A DNA stretch of 63,583 bases, counting the filler, from Octopus bimaculoides (taxonomy: Eukaryota): the NCBI RefSeq assembly GCF_001194135.2. It is 4 parts of 4 records of this genome, joined end to end, with 100 filler letters (N's around TTAATTAATTAA, not from the genome) between each part and the next. Parts side by side here need not be neighbours in the genome. Positions count along the whole stretch, not along the records: positions 1 to 8,445 come from NC_068996.1; positions 8,546 to 28,454 come from NC_068987.1; 2 more parts are not named here. One strand, 5' to 3'. The notes beneath the pieces are model-generated. The model searched no databases. It was given only the letters and a program-made list of their open reading frames with translations, and was not told the origin of the DNA. A program made the translations under genes and the position numbers. Below are positions 1 through 12,427 of this stretch, piece after piece (the first letter of the stretch is position 1; every line of letters starts with the position of its first letter).

Positions 1-342
1 GAATGTATTTATGTATGTATGTGTGTATGTATGTATGTATGTATGTATGTATGAATGTATGAATGTATGTATGTATGTATGAATGTATGTATGTATGTAT
101 GTATGTGTGTATGTATGTATGTATGTATGTATGTATGAATGTATGTATGTGTGTATGTATGTATGTATGTATGTATGAATGTATGTATGTATGTATGAAT
201 GTATGTATGTATGTATGAATGCATGTATGTATGCATGTATGTATGTATGTATGTATGTATGTATGTATGAATGTATGTATGTATGTATGTGTGTATGTAT
301 GTATGTATGTATGTATGTATGAATGTATGTATGTGTGTATGT
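1..342. repeat. (GTAT)n tetranucleotide microsatellite with GAAT/GTGT variants
   Basis: Direct reading. Explains the HTYI-repeat pseudo-ORF 9..419. Confidence 0.95.
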
Positions 343-659
343 AAAGGCATCCAAATCTGCATGTCTTCATGTGCCCAGAGGCTATCGATACCCTGTGAAA
401 CATGAAATATGAAACACAAAAGTGTCTAGTTGCAGAAATTAATGAACAAAAAAAAACAAAAAAAAAAAACAAAGAAGAAATGCTAATTAGTGTGAGACAA
501 TTAATGCCAAGGGAAGAAACAAGATTCTGAAATATAATTGCTGGCATACTGGAAATATTAGAAATGGTAAGAAAGAAGAGAACAACAAAAGCAAACAAAC
601 AAATACATCAACAAACATGAATGATAATCCAGTGCCATTATTACTGACTTAAATTAAAG

Positions 660-856
660 GTAGCAAGCTGGAAAATGCTTAGCAGTGTTTTATGGGGTTT
701 TATATTCTGAGTTCAAATCCTGCCACGGTTGACATTGCTTTTCATTATTGTGGCGGGGCGGGGGGATAAAATAAGCATGAATTCAGTATTGGGGGGTCAA
801 TGTAATTGACCTACTTCCACTCCTGAACTTGCTGGCCTTGTGCCAAAATTTGAAAC

Positions 857-904
<48 letters not shown>
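660..904 (+). mobile_element. Degenerate tRNA-derived SINE (family B, Meta-domain-like) with (ATT)n tail
   Basis: B-box-like GAGTTCAAATCC and 3' end GGCCTTGTGCCAAAATTTGAAAC shared with other copies in the window, followed by (ATT)n at 857-904. Confidence 0.75.
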
Positions 905-905
<1 letters not shown>

Positions 906-1240
906 GAGTGAGAGAGCAGTGCATGCCATCAAAGTGACACTGGGTTACAAATATACAAAGCCCGTTATACCCATCATGACTACCCGTCTGATAAGGGTAC
1001 ACCAGGCACATGCATCACAACCATATGTGCGCGATATGGTGATCTTATATCAAGACTGACAGTGCATGACCTTGCAGGTGGGGACCAGTTAGAATTTTCT
1101 TCAAGTCGAGTAGCCCATCCCACTCAAAAGGTCCCTGAATAAGGTTTGTTTAAGGATGTTGAGCAAAACACCCATGTTTCCAAAGGTGAATTATCCAAAC
1201 CCCAAAGAATTCCTCTCAACACATGGCTATGAAGCTCCTC
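905..1240 (-). mobile_element. Dispersed TAA-tailed non-coding retro-element (family D), 3' part; truncated by gap
   Basis: Aligns by eye with 9690-9990. On the minus strand it ends CTCTCACTC followed by (AAT)n. Confidence 0.75.
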
Positions 1241-1794
1241 NNNNNNNNNNNNNNNNNNNNNNNNNNNNNNNNNNNNNNNNNNNNNNNNNNNNNNNNNNNN
1301 NNNNNNNNNNNNNNNNNNNNNNNNNNNNNNNNNNNNNNNNNNNNNNNNNNNNNNNNNNNNNNNNNNNNNNNNNNNNNNNNNNNNNNNNNNNNNNNNNNNN
1401 NNNNNNNNNNNNNNNNNNNNNNNNNNNNNNNNNNNNNNNNNNNNNNNNNNNNNNNNNNNNNNNNNNNNNNNNNNNNNNNNNNNNNNNNNNNNNNNNNNNN
1501 NNNNNNNNNNNNNNNNNNNNNNNNNNNNNNNNNNNNNNNNNNNNNNNNNNNNNNNNNNNNNNNNNNNNNNNNNNNNNNNNNNNNNNNNNNNNNNNNNNNN
1601 NNNNNNNNNNNNNNNNNNNNNNNNNNNNNNNNNNNNNNNNNNNNNNNNNNNNNNNNNNNNNNNNNNNNNNNNNNNNNNNNNNNNNNNNNNNNNNNNNNNN
1701 NNNNNNNNNNNNNNNNNNNNNNNNNNNNNNNNNNNNNNNNNNNNNNNNNNNNNNNNNNNNNNNNNNNNNNNNNNNNNTAATAGAAAAGGATTAT

Positions 1795-1940
1795 TAGCAG
1801 CTACGTTCTGAGTTCAACTTTACTTTTCATCCTTTCAGGGTCAATAAATTAAGTACCAGTTGAGTACTGGGGTCAATGTAATCGACTATATCCCTCCCCT
1901 AAATTTCAGGCCTTGTGCCTAAAATAGAAAAGAATTATTA
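1795..1940 (+). mobile_element. SINE family B fragment
   Basis: TACGTTCTGAGTTCAA...CATCCTTTCAGGGTCAATAAATTAAGTACCAG matches the adjacent copy. Confidence 0.75.
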
Positions 1941-1953
1941 GCAACTTATATTG

Positions 1954-2190
1954 AAGGTGGTGAGCTGGCACAATTGTTAGTACGCCGGACGAACTGCTTA
2001 ACGGTATTTTGTCTGCCATTACGTTCTGAGTTCAAATTCCACCAAGGTTGACTTTGCCTTTCATCCTTTTGGGGTCGATAAATTAAGTACCAGTCATACA
2101 CTGGGGTTGATGTAATCGACTTAATTCTTTTGTCTGGCTGTGTTTGTCCCCTCTATGTTTAGCCCCTTGTGGGCAATAAGGAAATAAGAA
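1954..2190 (+). mobile_element. Near-complete SINE family B (tRNA head plus Meta-domain-like body)
   Basis: GAGCTGGCA..GTTAG A-box region, GAGTTCAAATTCC B box, and GGTTGACTTTGCCTTTCATCCTTTTGGGGTCGATAAATTAAGTACCAG resembling the MetaSINE domain (family naming is inference). Reverse-complement copy at 49945-50190. Confidence 0.8.
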
Positions 2191-2419
2191 ATGCTAGCAT
2201 GCCAGGCAAAATGCTGCTAAGCATTACATTCATTTTCATGTTTTGAGTCCAAGAAAAAATCCAGGTTAGTCAAGTTTGAGGAACATGAAGGCCAGTCAAC
2301 ATTGCTGTAGTGGGAGATTATCCTCTCTCCAAAGCACTGCCATAGCAACTGCATTTATTTCTCTTGCAGTATGAGCTGTTGCCCCATCTTGCTGGAATCA
2401 TGTGTGAAGTCTACTTTGA

Positions 2420-2782
2420 ATCGCCTTCACGTTCCCCAAATTTTTTCTTGTGGGGAAACCTGAAAGAGAGGGTTTATGTCAACAAACCATAGACCCTGGT
2501 GCAGCTGAAGGAGAACATCAATAGGAAAATCAGAGAAGTGGGATCTGAAACTCTTGAGGGTGCAAAGTTTGGAAAGAGCACAGCCATGCAAAGCCGAAAA
2601 TGGCTGCCATTTAAGCGATGTCATTTTTTATATGTGATGTAGTGGTGTTGCTAAATTTGTCTTGTGCATATTAATTTCCATTATATCCTTTATATTGTAA
2701 CAAAATTTCATGCATTTATTTGTTAAAGTTAAGGAAGTTATTAAAAATTGAAACCCATCAGGGACTTTTGGGACACCCTGTA
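2420..2782 (+). mobile_element. Tc1/mariner-superfamily transposon 3' end (DD41D/rosa-like C-terminus plus right TIR)
   Basis: Translates SRSPNFFLWGNLKERVYVNKP*TLVQLKENINRKI, then after a frameshift ERAQPCKAENGCHLSDVIFYM*. Ends GGGACACCCTG|TA at 2780-2782. Confidence 0.85.
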
Positions 2783-2859
2783 TGTATATATGTGTATGTG
2801 TGTGTGTGTGCGTGTGCATAAATGTATATATTTATTTATATATATATTTATATATGCAT

Positions 2860-2892
<33 letters not shown>

Positions 2893-3085
2893 CATATACA
2901 TATATATATATATAATATATATATATATGTATATGTATATTCTGACAAAAGTGGTGGTGGTGGTGGTGGTGGAGATTCCCTATTCTAACCACTGGGCCAT
3001 TGCGCTTCCACATATCAAAGAATACTCTACATTTGCATTGAGTCCTGTCATTTAATGCTTTTGGAAAAAAAAAAAAAAACAGAGA

Positions 3086-3134
<49 letters not shown>

Positions 3135-3136
<2 letters not shown>

Positions 3137-3290
3137 ACAACAGTCTTCCTTCCAGTTTCTGTCTACTCTCTGCTTTATTCACTCACAAAGCTTTAGTCAA
3201 CCTGCAGCGATAGAGGAATACCTTTGTCCATAGTGCCTTGCAGTGGGATCGAACCTGGAACTGCGTGGTTGGGAAGAAAACTTCTTACCA
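3135..3290 (-). mobile_element. SINE family A tRNA-like head (degenerate)
   Basis: Reverse complement of GTGGTAAGAAG..CCCAACCAC..GTTCGATCCCACTG, matching other family A heads. Confidence 0.7.
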
Positions 3291-3645
3291 CTCACGGTCA
3301 TAGGATTGCGGTTTCGATTCCCAAACCGGGTGTTGTGAGTTTATTGAGCGAAAAACACCTAAAGCTCCACGAGGCTCCGGCAGGGGATTGTGGCGAACCC
3401 TGCTGTACTCTTCCACCACAACTTTCTCTCACTCTTACTTCCTGTTTCTGTTGTACCTGTACTTCAAAGTACCAACCTTGTCACACACTCTGTGTCATGC
3501 TGAATATCCCCGAGAACTACGTTAAGGATACACGTGTCTGTGGAGTGCTCAGCCACTTGCATGTTAATTTCACGATCAAGTTGTTTCGTTGATGGGATCA
3601 ACTGGAACCCTCGTCGTTGTAAGCGACGGAGTGCCATGATTCTTT
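3291..3645 (+). mobile_element. SINE with body X and tail T1 (GAGAACTACGTTAAGG)
   Basis: B box GGTTTCGATTCCC. Body shared with 37088-37240; tail shared with 42645-42748. Confidence 0.75.
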
Positions 3646-3813
3646 AATACATTATAACAAAAAGGCTCCAATTTCTGATACTCAGAGTTGCTCATTTCCA
3701 ATCATCAGCTGGTAAACCAAGCCCCTGGTTTTCTTTTGAATATCCACTGTCTGAAATCTTTGAAATATGAAATGAAAGTTCAAAAGAAATACTTATCTTG
3801 ATGTTCTTTATGT

Positions 3814-4039
3814 TTAACCCTTTAGCATTCAAACCGACCATATCCGGCCTAAATATTCCACCTGTTTTATGTTTCAACTAGTCAGATCCAGCTTCTTGCA
3901 CCTACCCCACAATGTCATTCTAAACGTAAAACAATCACATCATCAAAATCTCAAAGCTATGAGGTAATGCATGATTAATTGAAAATGTAAAGAAGTAAGC
4001 ATTACATTTGACAGGCTAACCTGAATGCTAAAGGGTTAA
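3814..4039. mobile_element. 218-bp piggyBac-type MITE with TTAA target-site duplication
   Basis: TTAA (3814-3817), CCCTTTAGCATTCA ... TGAATGCTAAAGGG (perfect 14-bp TIR, 3818-4035), TTAA (4036-4039). CCC...GGG ends with a TTAA TSD are the piggyBac hallmark. Confidence 0.9.
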
Positions 4040-4465
4040 ACCAGGCATATCTGGCCTCTCTCACCTACCCTACAATGTCATTCTAAAACTAAACAATCAC
4101 ATCATTGAAACCTCAAAGCTATGAGATAATGCCTGATTAATTCAAAACAATGTGAATAAATAAACTTTAGATTTGATAGAAAAATAATCAGAATCAGGGT
4201 AAAAACAACTCATCCAGATTTAACTGTCAATGACCATTAAGAAAATGTATTTAAACCTGCCATATCTGGCCCAAATATTCTGCCTGCTTTATGTTGAAAC
4301 TGGCTACATTTGACTTCTCACACCTCACCTATAATGCCACTCTTAAAATAACCAATCACATCATTGAAATGTCAAAAGCTATAAGATAATGCCTGGTTAA
4401 TTCAAAACAATGTGAATGAATAAGCATTACATTTGAGAGAGTAATCAGACTGCTGAAAGGTTACT
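4040..4465. mobile_element. Two further degenerate copies of the same MITE (about 4040-4205 and 4250-4465)
   Basis: Shared internal motifs CATATCTGGCC and CAATCACATCATTGAAA..CAAAGCTAT.AGATAATGC.TG.TTAATTCAAAACAATGTGAAT; TIRs eroded. Confidence 0.8.
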
Positions 4466-5785
4466 AAGTATAGAAGGTTACTAAGTATAGAAGCAGATGT
4501 GTTACCTAAGATTAATTTTGAGGATCTGATCAAAGACTTTGCAATTCAAAAAAGTAGGAGGAAACTTTTCAAATCTAAATAAAATCGAAATATACAAAAA
4601 TAAACATTATTTTCCCTCTTAATGTTTCGTTTCGTTTTGAAAAATAAACATTTATTTTATGGTTTGTTATTGCTTATATTTTGAATTACATAATCTTTTA
4701 TGGGGGCACCAAAATCTATTAAGTGCTTAGGGCCTCAATGGGTTTTAATCCATCTCTGCATATAGGGAGCTTTCCCTGGATGCTATCCCACAGCAAATTG
4801 GTATATAAGCAAAACACATACATTATGAATGTGTGACAGATAGTTTGTAGAACTAGAGCTGCTTTTAATTCAAAATTTAATATATATGGAAGAAGTGAGA
4901 GAGAAAGAGTAAAAGAATCTACCTGTCTGTGTCATCCCATAGAGAGAGTGGAAGATGTGTAGTCTTTCACATAAGCTGCTTCTTCCATTGGCACCGAAAT
5001 GAAAGGAGGAAGAACTGAATTTGGGTTCTGTATGTGTACATAGATGCATGTGTAAGGACTGGTGCCAATTTGAAGAACTAGATCCTTCAAGATGTCGCCT
5101 TGGGTTAGTCACAGACTAATGTGTGAAACAAATGTAAGAATAAAAGGTTGAAGACATTTTTTTCCCTTCAAGAAAAATTGCTTATCAGCACAAAAAAAGG
5201 AAAAAAATCAAAGACTTTCTATTATTAATTGGTTTCCTCGTTCTTGTAGGCATCATACTATTAGCCAATCAGTGATGTTGTCACAAGGGTATGCTGACCT
5301 TTATAGAATGATTGACTAATCTCAATAGCTGTATTATTATGTGGTTTAAGAGCAACACGTTTGCAATAACGCATAGTCAACAGAATTTTAATTTTCATCA
5401 ATTTTTTGCAAAACGCATGTTTTTTTTTGTTTTGTTTTTGTCCCCCCCCCCCTCATTCTGTGAGAAAAACTGTTTTATCACATTCAATAATGACAGCAGG
5501 AAATGATTTGTGAACTTCTCGACAATATGAATGAAATTTTGTTGCAAAGAAAATGAAATAGTCACTGAGATCATGAAAGAGTCGGGAATTAATTTTTACA
5601 ATGTAGAATCAAGACTTTTGCTATGCAACCAACAAATTCCAATTTCAGCAATTACCTGAGTTGTTAATCAGCAATTTCATGATATCAGCAAAAACCTTTT
5701 ACTAGTTGCAGTTGTAGGGCTATGGCCATGATGGAGCAACTCTAGCAGTTATTTTTCTTTTTAAAGTCTGATACTTATTTTTGAA

Positions 5786-6127
5786 GGTACATGGCTGAAT
5801 GATTAGAGAGTCAGGCACACAATCACAAGGTAGTGAGTTCGATTCCCAGACTGGGCTATGTGTCATGTTCTTGAGTAAGACACTTTATTCTACATTGCTC
5901 CAGTTCATTCATCTGTAGAAATAAGTTGCGGTGTCACTGTATCAATGCCAAGCTGTGTCGGCCCTTTGCCTTTCTCTTGGATAACAACAGTGGTGAGGAG
6001 GGGGGAGACCGGTATGCATGGGCAACTGCTGGTCTTCCATAAGCAACCTTGCCCGGATTTGTGCCTTGGAAGATAACTTTCTAGGTGCAATCTCATGGTC
6101 ATTCATGACCAAAGGAGGTCTTTACCA
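5786..6127 (+). mobile_element. tRNA-derived CORE-like SINE with tail T3
   Basis: A box TGGCTGAATGA, B box GAGTTCGATTCCC, CORE-like TTCTTGAGTAAGACACTTTATT..CATCTGTAGAAAT. Confidence 0.8.
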
Positions 6128-6540
6128 TTTACTTATTTTATAGAGCATTTTTTACAGAATCACAAAGCTGCAGTGATGTAAAATAAAAAACAATAATGGT
6201 TGTCAGGTAATGTAGAGAACACACAAATGAACATATAGATATTAATTTCTGGTAGGGACACTGTATTTTGTTATGCAACCATAATATACAATCAAGTATA
6301 TTAAAGGCTTGTAAGTCAGTACTATGCTTCACTTGTGTTAGCAGTGTTATTAATTCATGTTTTGAAGTTATCTCTACAGGTTTGATACTGTATCCTACCT
6401 GTGTTAGCAGTGCAATTCAATCACTTTTTAAAGTTACCTCTACAGATTTTCTATGGAAATTAGAGGCAGTGCTGATTTGTTACAACATTTCATATACGAA
6501 TACATCTAATGCAATCAAAGACAGTAAAAATAGGTGATGG

Positions 6541-6586
6541 GTGTATATACATATTCCAGGAATTGTTGCTCCTTCTTCAGTATCAC
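6541..6586 (-). ncRNA. Degenerate minimal type I hammerhead ribozyme motif
   Basis: Minus strand reads GUGAUA-CUGAAGA-AGGA(GCAACAAU)UCCU-GGAA-UAUG-UA-UAU(A)CAC. GGAA replaces GAAA, so it is probably inactive. Confidence 0.45.
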
Positions 6587-6839
6587 ATCCAACCCATTAA
6601 CCATCCACAAACTCACTGATTAAATAACCACCAAATACAGTGGTGTAACATGATTGGCTATATTAATTTTAGGCAATGAACACAGGAGCCATAAAAACTA
6701 CAGATACTCAGGAAATTGATTTTCTCAACTGCCTTGAAGGCACTTTAGAGATAGTGGATAATTTCTTGCTACCTAGGAGACCAAATTAGTAGTGAAGGAG
6801 AATGCACAGAAAGTGTAATAGCTAGAGTAACAATAGGAT

Positions 6840-7603
6840 AGAGAAAATTCAGACAGCTTTTATATCTGTTGGCAAACAAAGGTCTCTTTCTCTCTGAGTG
6901 AAAGGAAGAATGTATGATGCAGGTATATGAATAGCAATTCTACATGGTAGTGAGACATGGGCCCTGAATGCAAGAGAGTATGTGAAGGCTAGAGAGGAAT
7001 GGTTCTAGTCTGCTTTGCTGGATGTGGAATGTACGTGTACATAGGCAACAGAGTTCAAGTATATCGAGAGAAAATTTGCAGTGTACAAGAGAGAAGACTG
7101 TGCTGGTCACATGATGTGGATGGAGTAGACAAGTCGATAAATAAGTGCTGTTCACTCAAAGCGGACAGAACTCAAGGAAGAGGAAGACCCAAGAAGACAT
7201 GGGACGAAGTACTGAAAGACAATCTCAGGACATTGAACCTTGCAAAGGAGACAAGAAAGGACTGAGATATCTGGCACCTTGCTGTATTCAAGAAGACCCA
7301 TCCTCCACAGCAGAAGTGGTGATGCTGCTTCTCGTACTGAAGAGGGTTGGCCTACAAGAGCCCTGTGCTGGTGCCATGTAGTGGCACCCATGCCAGCACC
7401 ACATAGAAACACCTGTGCCAGTGACATGTAAAAAGCACCCAGCGCTCTCTGTAAAATGGTTGGTATTAGGAAAGGCATCAAACCGAAAAAAAAAAACAAG
7501 CCAAGTCAGACTGGAACCTGGTGTAGATGTCCTGCTTGCCAACTCTGGTGAAACCGTCCAATCCATGCCAGCATGGAAAATGAATGTATGATGATGATGA
7601 TGA
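6840..7603 (+). mobile_element. RTE-clade LINE 3' end (degenerate RT C-terminus, 3' UTR, (GAT)n tail)
   Basis: Frame-broken peptides VKGRMYDA..ILHGSETWALN and RTQGRGRPKKTWDEVLKDNL. The 3' UTR GGTTGG..TTAGGAA.GGCATC...CATGCCAGCATGGAAA ends in (GAT)n. Confidence 0.85.
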
Positions 7604-7728
7604 TATTTCCTGGCAACTGGTACATACACATAAATTTCCAGTAGGGACAACGTATTTCATCATGCAACCATAATATATGTGGATATATATATATAGAGAG
7701 AGAGACACACACACATGCACACATATGA

Positions 7729-7770
<42 letters not shown>

Positions 7771-8489
7771 NNNNNNNNNNNNNNNNNNNNNNNNNNNNNN
7801 NNNNNNNNNNNNNNNNNNNNNNNNNNNNNNNNNNNNNNNNNNNNNNNNNNNNNNNNNNNNNNNNNNNNNNNNNNNNNNNNNNNNNNNNNNNNNNNNNNNN
7901 NNNNNNNNNNNNNNNNNNNNNNNNNNNNNNNNNNNNNNNNNNNNNNNNNNNNNNNNNNNNNNNNNNNNNNNNNNNNNNNNNNNNNNNNNNNNNAATTATA
8001 TAGAAAAATATTAAGGTACTCAGAAATCTGGATGTTTGTACATTTACAGATTTTTATTAATGTCACATATTAAATAAAGCGCTTTTCACCTAATCATGTA
8101 GGATTTTCAAATTGTTTTGAGAAGACCTTGCGGAGGGTCTCTTTATATAGTTTTATTGAGTGTGTAGGGGTGGAGAGAGATATATAGGATAGTAAGAGAG
8201 GGTGAGGAAAAGTGAGAGAGAGAGTGTGTGTGTGTGAGTGTGTGTTTTTTTTTGCGTTGGTGTGTGTGTTTGTGTGTGTGCGTGTGTGTTGATGGGAAAG
8301 AGAAAAGAAGAAAATTGGGTTCATAGCTGGTTAGTTCTTTTCAATGATAAGTTTATTTTTAGCCTTTTAAAGGAATGGCAAAAGCAGGTGTGATTGTTTT
8401 GAAGAAGTTGTTTTTCAAAAAAAGAATCTTTGGTGTCATTGTCTANNNNNNNNNNNNNNNNNNNNNNNNNNNNNNNNNNNNNNNNNNNN

Positions 8490-8501
8490 TTAATTAATTA
8501 A
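8490..8501. other. Assembly linker TTAATTAATTAA inside a 100-bp placeholder gap (also 28499-28510 and 36669-36680)
   Basis: Identical 12-mer flanked by exactly 44 N on each side at all three sites; palindromic, with TAA stops in all six frames. Confidence 0.9.
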
Positions 8502-8545
8502 NNNNNNNNNNNNNNNNNNNNNNNNNNNNNNNNNNNNNNNNNNNN

Positions 8546-8738
8546 ATAACAAAAACACCAGGACTTACAAATATATATAACATACAGAAAATTGCACTAC
8601 TGGGTACTGCACACATTCTACGCAAAACACTTTCAATACAGTAAACATAAGAGCACCACAGCAAACCACAGCACATACCCAAGGCGCACAGAGCTGCGCT
8701 CGGTAGTGAAGTGAAAGCACGTTATAAAAATAAAACTA

Positions 8739-8769
<31 letters not shown>

Positions 8770-8770
8770 T

Positions 8771-8807
<37 letters not shown>

Positions 8808-8835
8808 AATAATGATAATGATAATGATAATAATA
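8546..8835 (+). mobile_element. R4/Dong-clade LINE 3' end (end of RLE domain, 3' UTR, (TAA)n tail)
   Basis: 8546-8644 translates ITKTPGLTNIYNIQKIALLGTAHILRKTLSIQ*, the typical C-terminus of R4-clade ORFs, followed by a short UTR and (AAT)n. Confidence 0.85.
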
Positions 8836-8985
8836 ATGCTTTCAATTTTGGCCCAAGGCTAGCAATTTCTGGCACGGGGAACTTAATTACATTTATTACA
8901 CTGCTCAAAAAGAACAACTGCAGCGACGAAAGCGATTATCAACGACGTCAATGACGGCGACGATGACGACGACGACGACGACGAC

Positions 8986-9026
<41 letters not shown>

Positions 9027-9689
9027 CGGCGACGATATACACTAGCAGTACTTGTAGAAATACCAGTGTTCCTTAGAAAAATCGTAAAATGGAAAAGTTT
9101 ATTTTGTGAAGCAATTGATTCTTCAGATAATTTAAAGGGTCTCACAGATAGCATGGAAGTTGAATCTCAAGAAACAACATCTCAAAAAACAATATTATTA
9201 GGTCTTATATTTTGTGAGTATAATCTATTATTTTTCAATTCACCTTAAGAAATAAACGATGATCACTATGGAACCAGATATAAGACAATATCTATAACAT
9301 TTTTCGGTTGTTGTACATTGGTAAAGATTTAATGCGTTATTTCAAGGAATTATAAAATTGTTGAATCTTTTAAAAAAGTGTCATGAAATACACAATATAT
9401 TTTGAAGTTGTACTGTGTGTATCTTAAGAAGCTCTAGAACGTACAGACATAACTGAAAATTATATTCATTGCTATACACTTGAGAGTTGTTAGCTAACAT
9501 TTAGGACCTTTACATCAAGTAATAGCATTCCATTTCTTCTAGCTATCACTGCTAATACACTTTTCTTTCTTTTTGCTTTTCCCTTCAACTGATTACGCAA
9601 CAGCCACACGCATTTAGCTTAGAGTATTAAAATATAGATGATAATAATAATGATAATTGTTACCTTTATTATTGTTATAATTATTCATT

Positions 9690-10201
9690 CAGAGAGGAGC
9701 GCATGCCATCAAAATAACACTGGGGCAAAAATATACGAAGTCTGATAAGGGTACACCAGGCACAAGCATCACAAGAGTATGTGCGCGACATGGTGATATC
9801 ATATGACTATAAAGAGCGCATGACCTTGTAGGTTGTGCTTAGTTAGAATTTTCTTCAGGTCGAGTGGCCCATCCCACTTAAAAGAATAAGGTTTGCTTTA
9901 AAGAAGATAAGCAAAACACCTGTTTCCAGAGGTGAATTTTTCAACCCCACAAAGAATTCCTCTCAGAACATGGCTATGATGCGCCCCCACTACTTCTGCT
10001 TTTTATCAGAGATGCACATATCCTCACTAAGGGGATACTTATCTGGCTAAGGTCAAACAACTGAGGAGCAAATCTGTGGTAATGAGCAGAATATTTGCTG
10101 TAGCTCCTCTTTTATATCAAGACAAAACGATGTACACGATAATACTTCCAATCAGTTAAAATCAAAAGCCATGAGAGCCACTCCCTGTAATTGCATCAAG
10201 G

Positions 10202-10205
<4 letters not shown>
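9690..10205 (-). mobile_element. Family D TAA-associated element, about 500 bp, apparently complete
   Basis: Matches 905-1240 and the reverse complement of 14040-14230. (TTA)n at 10205 onward and a degenerate TTA run at about 9666-9686. Confidence 0.75.
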
Positions 10206-10247
<42 letters not shown>

Positions 10248-10386
10248 CATTATCATCATTGTCGTCGTCATCATCATCTCGGGTCGATGAAATAAGTAGT
10301 TAGGCACACATACTACTACTACTGCTGCTACTGCCGTTGCCACTGCTGCTGCTGCCACTAAAACAACAACAACTACTACTACTTTG

Positions 10387-10433
<47 letters not shown>

Positions 10434-11668
10434 CATTATATTCATCATTATCATCAAGCGGATAAAACATCAAGCTCTAACAAAAAACAATGCAAAAATC
10501 CGCTCAACATGTTCATGCATCAATGCCACCTGTTGTTTACAAATTATATTAATTTATTGTTCCAGATTACGACCTTTTATATGATCGTGCCCTTTGTGGA
10601 ATTCCATATAATTGTCTGACATATTTGCGAGTTTGCTTCCATATTAGTTGGCGCAAAAGGTCTTATTATAAAGCTTATAATTATAATGGCGTTCTACGTG
10701 TAATATATATATATATATATATGACATAAAAACATACATATATATATGTGTGTGTATGCGCCAGCGCGTGTGATTTTGTTTCTAAAGTTTATTTTCCAAA
10801 TTATGTGTGATTGCTTCAATAGTTGTTTGTTATGTCTGTGGAAATGTGTAAGTTTGTCATTACGCACGTGTTGTTATATGAAAAACAGTGTTGTGAATGA
10901 ATATGTGTGGGAGTGCATAATTTTCACAAGTGCGTTTGATGAATTTATAATTGCATTCAGGCATGATTACATGTTTTGTGTGCGTGATTGAGTGTGTATA
11001 GTTATGTCTCAGGGTTCACTGTGTAGGATTAAGTGTTGTGTAGTTGTCTGCATATAGGATCTGATCCTGTATGGATGTGAAATCATTACTGTATTTATGT
11101 ACATGCCTGTGTCTGTAAGTGTGTGGATGTGCGTGTAGTCAATGCTAAATTGTATACGAGAAGTTTAACGTGCGAATATTGCGTCAGTCATGTGAATGAT
11201 ATAAACGTGTGTATATATGTGTATGAGAGTAAAGGTAGAGTTGTGACAGTGTCTATAATCAGTCACATGATTATGTGCCGCTATGTGTGTGCTAATGTGT
11301 TTACAGTGGATATTATGTTTCACTACCATAGAGATACGTATGAGTTTGTGTGACTATGTGTATAAATACACATACACATGTGAAAGTGTAAAGTTTCTAA
11401 TTGAACTTAAAGTATACGTATGTGTGTATACAATGTTGTGAGCGTACACATGCATGCTTATTTTTTAACACACTTTAAATGCATATGTTTTAAAATATGT
11501 TTTCCTTTTATTTTATCGACTAATGATATGGTTTAATATTCAAAGTTGGATAGCCTTTAACACAACGAAGTAGTTACTGAAGGTTTCAACTGAAAAAGAA
11601 AATTATAATATAATGGGCTCACGCGTACAAATACACACACAGTTCAACCGTACATGTATGTATTCATG

Positions 11669-11713
<45 letters not shown>

Positions 11714-12046
11714 GACATGCACACACATACATATACATACATATGTACACATATCTACATATATATAAACATATATGTATATATGTATGTATATACATAT
11801 ACATACACATGCAGATATATAAAATATCACATTTATAGTCATTTGCACATATTTACACACAATTTCATTTTTGGTTTTGCTATTTAGTGTAATTGTTATT
11901 GAATAATTTGATAACAAAAGAAAAATCGATATAAATATTGCAAGGGATAAAAACTTTGATAATTATGAAATTATAAAATAGTCGATTATACTGTTTAATG
12001 TCATCATATTTTAATCTAGATTGTGAAGTACTCTTGAAAATGCATG

Positions 12047-12099
<53 letters not shown>

Positions 12100-12427
12100 T
12101 ACACACATATACACGCACACACATACACAAACACACACGCACATACACAAATAAACTAACGCCCATATACAAAGAGACAAAGGCACACTTACCACACGTT
12201 CACCAACACAAGCACATTCATCGATATACGAGATGCTGCATTTCAAAGTGAATTCTGAGATAGTCATGAACACCAACCTCACTTATTTTATAACGGACAG
12301 AAATACTGAGACTATTGGAGCCGTGTTTGCCTCTTAAACTTATATTCTCATAGATCTCAGTAGAATTACAGAGTCGGTCAGTGCATGCTAATATATATGA
12401 ACATAGTAAAATAGTTAATGTACATAC

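Noticed and set aside
4457-4493. 17-bp tandem duplication AAGGTTACTAAGTATAG
   Set aside because: Ordinary small duplication at a MITE edge.
8446-8545. Recurrent TTAATTAATTAA palindrome
   Set aside because: Always centred in a 44N+12+44N block, so it is an assembly placeholder.
9040-9250. ORF 9066..9248 and an ACTAGCAGTA start suggestive of a Helitron-like end
   Set aside because: Too little sequence support for either a gene or a Helitron call.
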